Source of the DNA: a virus
Lineage: Duplodnaviria > Caudoviricetes
Direction: 5' to 3' (one strand)
Virus record (IMG/VR): IMGVR_UViG_3300024331_000037
Location: 1-58,583 of that record
Length of the DNA: 58,583 nucleotides
Of the stretch, positions 56,748 to 58,583 are shown in pieces (position 1 is the stretch's first letter; the number at the start of each line of letters is the position of its first letter). The translations under genes and the position numbers were made by a program. Below the pieces are notes generated by a model. It did not search any database. It had not been told where the DNA came from and was given only the letters and a program-made list of their open reading frames with translations.

Positions 56748-57428
56748 ATGAGTAAAGAAACTTGGAGGAACATCCCCGGCTTCGGTGGGAGATACAAAGG
56801 TAGCTCACATGGTCGTATCCGCTCTATCTTCACAAAAAGCAAATTGGGTAAAATCAGGTTGACAGGGACAATATTGAAATTCACGGTCAACCATAAAGGC
56901 TATTACACTGTCAAATTGATAAGAAAAACCTATAAGGTCCATAGGTTGATATGCCGCACTTTCCACGAAAATCCAACAAATAAGCCAGAAGTCAACCACA
57001 AAGATTTAGATAAACTTAATAATCGGGCTGACAATCTGGAATGGTGTACCGCCCAAGAAAACATGGATCATTATTATGCGAGCGGTAAAGTGGTCAGGTC
57101 TCGGGTGCAATATAAAATTCCGGACACAGAAGTATCTTTTATAAGGCAGAATTATATGCTATTAGGTAAAGTAACATTAGCAAAAAAGTACAGCGTTGAC
57201 GTACAGACAATTGATTCTATAGCAAGAGGTAGGAGAAGGAATACGGCAACCGACACGCCGCCATGTACTACTAGAATTGGTAAGCCTGTTCTGGACACTA
57301 GAGATGGGACAATATACCCATCGGCTAGGGAATTGGCTAAAACTTTGGGTATATCAGCCAAGCAGATACACAGAAGGCTGAACGGCGAACGAATAAATAA
57401 CACGCCATACAAGTACGCTCATGAATAA
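56748..57428 (+). CDS. NUMOD4-HNH homing endonuclease
   Basis: ETWRNIPGF..Y..SS.GRIRS; VHRLI..F..NP.NKPEVNHKD.DK.NN.ADNLEWCT..EN..H. Confidence 0.9.
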   Translation: MSKETWRNIPGFGGRYKGSSHGRIRSIFTKSKLGKIRLTGTILKFTVNHKGYYTVKLIRKTYKVHRLICRTFHENPTNKPEVNHKDLDKLNNRADNLEWCTAQENMDHYYASGKVVRSRVQYKIPDTEVSFIRQNYMLLGKVTLAKKYSVDVQTIDSIARGRRRNTATDTPPCTTRIGKPVLDTRDGTIYPSARELAKTLGISAKQIHRRLNGERINNTPYKYAHE

Positions 57429-57434
57429 CGCCGG

Positions 57435-57470
57435 GCCTTCCAGAGATAATCTTTTTTGGAGGGCTTTTTT
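57435..57470 (+). terminator. Intrinsic terminator
   Basis: GCCTTCCAGAGA..TTTTTGGAGGGC-TTTTTT. Confidence 0.65.
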
Positions 57471-57522
57471 ATTTTCTTAAAATAAATTTGGACGGTATTC
57501 TACCTTTTACTACTTTGGTGGA

Positions 57523-57846
57523 ATGAAAGAAAGCGTAAAGATAAATGCCGCTCTTTTGGGCAAGGTCCGAAAGGAGGCAAAAAAAAGAGGTCAGACTATA
57601 AGCGGGTTCTTAGAGGTGGCCGCCCTGCAATCAATAGCGCCGTTGTATAATTACGGTGATAATTGCGATGAGTTTATTGCATTCCTGAATAGAAAGGGGA
57701 TAAAATACAGCCCTAACGGCAGCTTCACTACTCTTATTGGGGTACATGACCCTGTAGGCATTGGCGTTGAATGGGGTATCTACAAAGCGAACAACTCGCC
57801 AAACCACATCCGCAATGCCGCCAATGAGTTTATTAACAAAATGTAA
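57523..57846 (+). CDS. Ribbon-helix-helix domain protein
   Basis: SVKINAALLGKVRKEAKKRGQTISGFLEVA. Confidence 0.65.
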   Translation: MKESVKINAALLGKVRKEAKKRGQTISGFLEVAALQSIAPLYNYGDNCDEFIAFLNRKGIKYSPNGSFTTLIGVHDPVGIGVEWGIYKANNSPNHIRNAANEFINKM

Positions 57847-57856
57847 AATAACCTTT

Positions 57857-58072
57857 ATGAACTTCGACAACATCGGCACCGCAATGGGCCTCCTTTTCGA
57901 CGAACTGAAAAACGACAAGAAATCAAAAGCGCTCATCAAGCAAATGGATGAGGCGGAAGGCGATGACGAACTTAAGAAGGGCCTTGTAGCAGGAGTAAAG
58001 CGGCTCCGAGAACTTGGCAAGAACACATTGGCCGACGAAATCGTAAGCAAAACCAAAGGCTTCGCTTTTTAA
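57857..58072 (+). CDS. Hypothetical helical protein
   Basis: Start MNFDNIG. Confidence 0.6.
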   Translation: MNFDNIGTAMGLLFDELKNDKKSKALIKQMDEAEGDDELKKGLVAGVKRLRELGKNTLADEIVSKTKGFAF

Positions 58073-58092
58073 CAAATAACAATATATAACAC

Positions 58093-58392
58093 ATGAAAAA
58101 AGGAACATTTGTCCTGATTAGGACGTTTTCTGCCGGAGTGCATTTCGGTACGCTAGTTTCCCGCGAAGGGCAGGAAGTACATCTGGCTAATGCGCGTAGA
58201 CTATGGTCATGGACCGGCGCACTATCTTTGTCAGAAATTGCTATGACAGGATGCAATATTAAAGGCAGCAAAATTTCTGTACCTGTCGATGAAATTATCC
58301 TTACGCAAGCAATCGAAGTCATCAAAGTAAGCGCAAAATCAAATTTACCCGGCAATGAAGTATCAGCAAAACGTGTATCTGCTGAAGTATAA
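58093..58392 (+). CDS. DUF6948-like conserved phage protein
   Basis: VLIRTFSAGVHFG.L...G.EV.L.NARRLW.W.GA.SLSEIA..G. Confidence 0.75.
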   Translation: MKKGTFVLIRTFSAGVHFGTLVSREGQEVHLANARRLWSWTGALSLSEIAMTGCNIKGSKISVPVDEIILTQAIEVIKVSAKSNLPGNEVSAKRVSAEV

Positions 58393-58583
58393 CGGCTACG
58401 GCTACGGCTACGGCAACGGCGACGGCAACGGCAACGGCAACGGCTACGGCAACGGCAACGGCTACGGCAACGGCTACGGCAACGGCAACGGCTACGGCAA
58501 CGGCTACGGCGACGGCTACGGCGACGGCGACGGCTACGGCGACGGCTACGGCTACGGCAACGGCAACGACAAAGGCTACGGAA
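58355..58583 (+). CDS. Gly-Tyr/Asn/Asp repeat protein (runs off window end)
   Basis: MKYQQNVYLLKYNGYGYGYGNGDGNG...; (GGC NAC)n hexamer repeat from ~58391. Confidence 0.65.
   Translation, partial: MKYQQNVYLLKYNGYGYGYGNGDGNGNGNGYGNGNGYGNGYGNGNGYGNGYGDGYGDGDGYGDGYGYGNGNDKGYG

Noticed and set aside
58391-58583. Diversity-generating retroelement suggested by AAC/TAC/GAC variation
   Set aside because: No reverse transcriptase or template/variable repeat pair in the window; simple hexamer repeat
1-58583. Stop-codon reassignment, tRNAs, integrase
   Set aside because: Standard code yields full-length genes; no cloverleaf or recombinase motif noticed, so lifestyle is undetermined

Overview
Part of a tailed dsDNA phage genome, most likely a podovirus-type phage of Bacteroidota. 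The host inference rests on TAnnTTTG/-33 TTTG promoters, AT-rich translation starts without Shine-Dalgarno sites, and signal peptides followed by Gln. Gene order: replication-associated genes (0-3 kb); glycosyltransferase/methyltransferase cluster (3.7-7.2 kb); terminase, portal, scaffold and major capsid (8-17 kb); tail tube/stabiliser (17-24 kb); ejection proteins, including a 2131-aa polyvalent protein and a lytic transglycosylase (24-34 kb); fibre-like proteins (35-46 kb); membrane/lysis genes (46-49 kb); small early/regulatory genes (49-58.6 kb). Four free-standing homing-endonuclease-like genes are present. The main observation is that the two big fibre-like proteins and two small neighbours start with Sec signal peptides, and the largest is strongly enriched in the Bacteroidota periplasmic O-glycosylation sequon D-(S/T)-(A/I/L/V/M/T), unlike the capsid and tail-core proteins. 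This suggests export and host glycosylation of phage fibres. Other points: a circularly permuted histidine-phosphatase domain and nested +1-frame genes in the giant ejection protein, a kissing-loop RNA leader, and a three-copy promoter/operator set. All calls come from motif reading by eye; no searches were run. No integrase, tRNA, CRISPR array or reverse transcriptase was seen.
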